From Chlorokybus atmophyticus (lineage: Eukaryota; Plantae; Mesostigma and Chlorokybus algae): a stretch of 64,000 nt of DNA. This document shows positions 61,885 to 64,000 of the stretch, in pieces. A program made the position numbers and the translations under genes. The notes below the pieces were generated by a model, which worked only from the letters and a program-made list of their open reading frames with translations, was not told the DNA's origin and made no database searches. The DNA is taken from contig RHPI01002069.1 in NCBI GenBank assembly GCA_009103225.1, positions 124,001-188,000 on the forward strand. Direction: 5' to 3'. Within the stretch, counting starts at the first letter, position 1, and each line of letters opens with the position of its first letter.

Positions 61885-64000
61885 ATGGCCGGGCCATACC
61901 AGAAGTTGCCTGGAACGGAGGTAGGTGGGCCGCCGCCGCGAGGAGGAGGAGGAGGAGGAGGAGGTTTAGGAGGAGGTGGATTGGGTGGAGGAGTCACCTC
62001 AGCGCAGCTGCTCGGGAGGTTTGCTGACGGCACCATCAAGTCATCCGTATCGTCCTGGTCCTCACTGTTATCGCTCGACAACGGGGGCGGGCTGCGCGAG
62101 CCGCCCGACAACGACGACGACGCTGGCTCGGACGAGCCGCTTCTTAGCCCTGTTGGTACGTGCCAGAACGCAAGGCTGCATTGGTTCATGTTGAAAAACA
62201 TCAACTGTGGAAGAGCACATTGGAATCAAGCGCCGTGATGTATGCCGTGTGCATTGGCTTTGCAGCATCTCTGTATAACGTGGAAGTTTGTGTATGAAGT
62301 TTTGGGCTAGCTTCTAAAGGCATGGTAATGCTACAAAGCAACCAGCTGTTTCTACTGCAATTGATTACATATGTTGAGGACTGGGCTGACTACAACAAGT
62401 CGGCTACAGCTGTCAGTAGCGCTTCATCACCCTTATGCAGGGCATGTTGACTGACCTTTACAGGCACAGTGTTTGACAGCGTTTCAGGTCAATGGCGTGT
62501 AGCACTTGTGCATGCAGGGCTCCATGCAGGGCTCCATGTTTAAGCGCTCACATGCAGGACTTATTACCAATTGATTAACGCATTGCCAATCCTGTGTAAC
62601 GCACTGGCACCATTAACCTGCTGTGCTTGGTTTACCCATGTATGTCTGTTTGCCCAGCTCTGTCAGACGACGGACATGTGCGCCCTGGAGCTGCGCTGGT
62701 GCGATCAGTGTCGGGGCATGCCAGAACTGTCGACCTTTGTGTGGCTTATGAGAATGGGCGGCGAGCAGCTAATGTGCCGTATGACACCATACGAAAATGG
62801 GCTGTTGGTGGCGACAAGTTTGTTTGGATAGGTATGTCATGATATAGTATGCAAACTACGCTACACCATGTATTTTGCAGCCGTAGTAATCTACGGCCTG
62901 GTACATGCAGCCTTGTGAAGATGGTCGACAGCATATGTCATGCGCATGCCGACCATGTTCGTGCACGTTGGTTGCTTTGCAGGCATGCATGATCCAGATC
63001 TTGCCTTGTTGCATCGCATTGCAAAGATATTCAAGCTGCATGAGCTGTTGGTTGAGGACGCTCTGGAAAGGGATCCACGACCCAAGCTTGAACGATACGA
63101 TGACAGGTGTTGTGACTAGTGACAAAAGCCTCAGTCACAGTTGAGTAGTAGTAGCAAGTAAATCAGCTACGCTGCGCAGTTACTTTATCACTGTGCGAAC
63201 TGCTGCATATGGTGAAAGCGGGCGAGTGGAGTTTGGCGATATTGATATAGTTGTCGAGGAAGGAGCGATTATCTCCATCAGCCAGCATCCTATGCATCCA
63301 TTCTTTGACGTCCAGGTATACACCTTCGTAGCATTTTACTGTCGCATCTGTTGATCGGCACTGTGGAAAATGGCCAATTGTTGCACGCACTGGTGTTTTC
63401 ATGTGCTTCCACCAATTTGTTTACAACTCCGTTGACAGGTGCGAGCAGAACGCCGGCCGTACTTGTTGAAGATGGGAGTGGCCTCCATTCTATATTGGAT
63501 TCTTTACTGGGTAATCGAGACGTATGTCGCTTTGATACGCCGCATGCGCACCGAGCGTGACGAGCTTGAGAACAGGGTGTTCGAGGATCAGGATGTCATT
63601 CGCTCTGACATTCAACGGCTGTACAAGCTGCGAGCTGGTACGCACATGGCATTGTTGCTGCATTGATGGTGATCAGATGTGCTAACAGCAATCTTGTGCG
63701 CCGCAGATTGCATTAATGTTAGGAGAGCTGTTCGACCACTGGTAGAGATATGTGCACGTCTTGTCTCTGGGGAGGTATGTGCATATCAATGCGCTGTAAT
63801 GGCGTTAGGCATGTGCTCTAACTGCAGCACATGGGTTTAGATGATGTCCGCTACGCAAATAATGTTGCAAGATTGGGGGTCGTGCACATGCATGGCACAT
63901 ATGGTATGGCATACTAGCCCAGCATTAGCGACTGGTTACATGGCATACTCATGCGACTGGTGTTGAACGCGTAGCTACTTGGTCTACTGGTCTGGTTACA
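61885..64000 (+). CDS. CorA-family Mg2+/Co2+ transporter, bacterial-type N-terminal domain; runs off the window
   Basis: Spliced: FVWIG|MHDPDLALLHRIAKIFKLHELLVEDALERDPRPKLERYDD|SYFITVRTA...VEFGDIDIVV|...LLKMGVASILYWILYWVIETY...LENRVFE...IQRLYKLRA|DCINVRRAVRPLVEICARL. The last visible exon ends at about 63774; the GMN motif is not in the window. Confidence 0.85.

Noticed and set aside
1-64000. CRISPR arrays, rRNA genes, prokaryotic operons
   Set aside because: No regularly spaced repeat-spacer array or rRNA-like sequence seen; the genes have spliceosomal introns.

Overview
Intron-rich eukaryotic nuclear DNA from a green-plant-lineage organism. The likely source is a green/streptophyte alga; this is an inference from a thylakoid-lumen FKBP, CXIP4, an RGP/UAM, a plant-like cytosolic aldolase and TTTAGGG-type telo-boxes. 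About 1-13.5 kb is a transposon block. It starts with an intact AcademX-like DNA transposase ORF (DDE-type domain + XPG/PIN-like nuclease + Cys8 finger) running in from the left edge. Next, on the same strand, is a spliced gene fusing PHD-like/Tudor chromatin-reader modules to a compact phage/bacterial-type C5-cytosine methyltransferase, which is the most interesting item in the window. The block ends with a complete pogo (DD35D) element with TIRs and a TA target duplication, a small MITE and an AT-rich island. About 13.6-64 kb is a compact host gene region, mostly head-to-head pairs: cystinosin/MRPS34, amidohydrolase-like/small membrane protein, COG5/COX10, WD40-Raf-like kinase, FKBP/CXIP4, BLOS3/BORCS6-like, SSS transporter/RGP, aldolase/CorA. 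Other oddities are an RGP lacking the autoglycosylated Arg, a bacterial-type CorA with introns, an N-formylglutamate-amidohydrolase-like protein and three GC-AG introns. All exon structures and homologies were read by eye; no database search was run.
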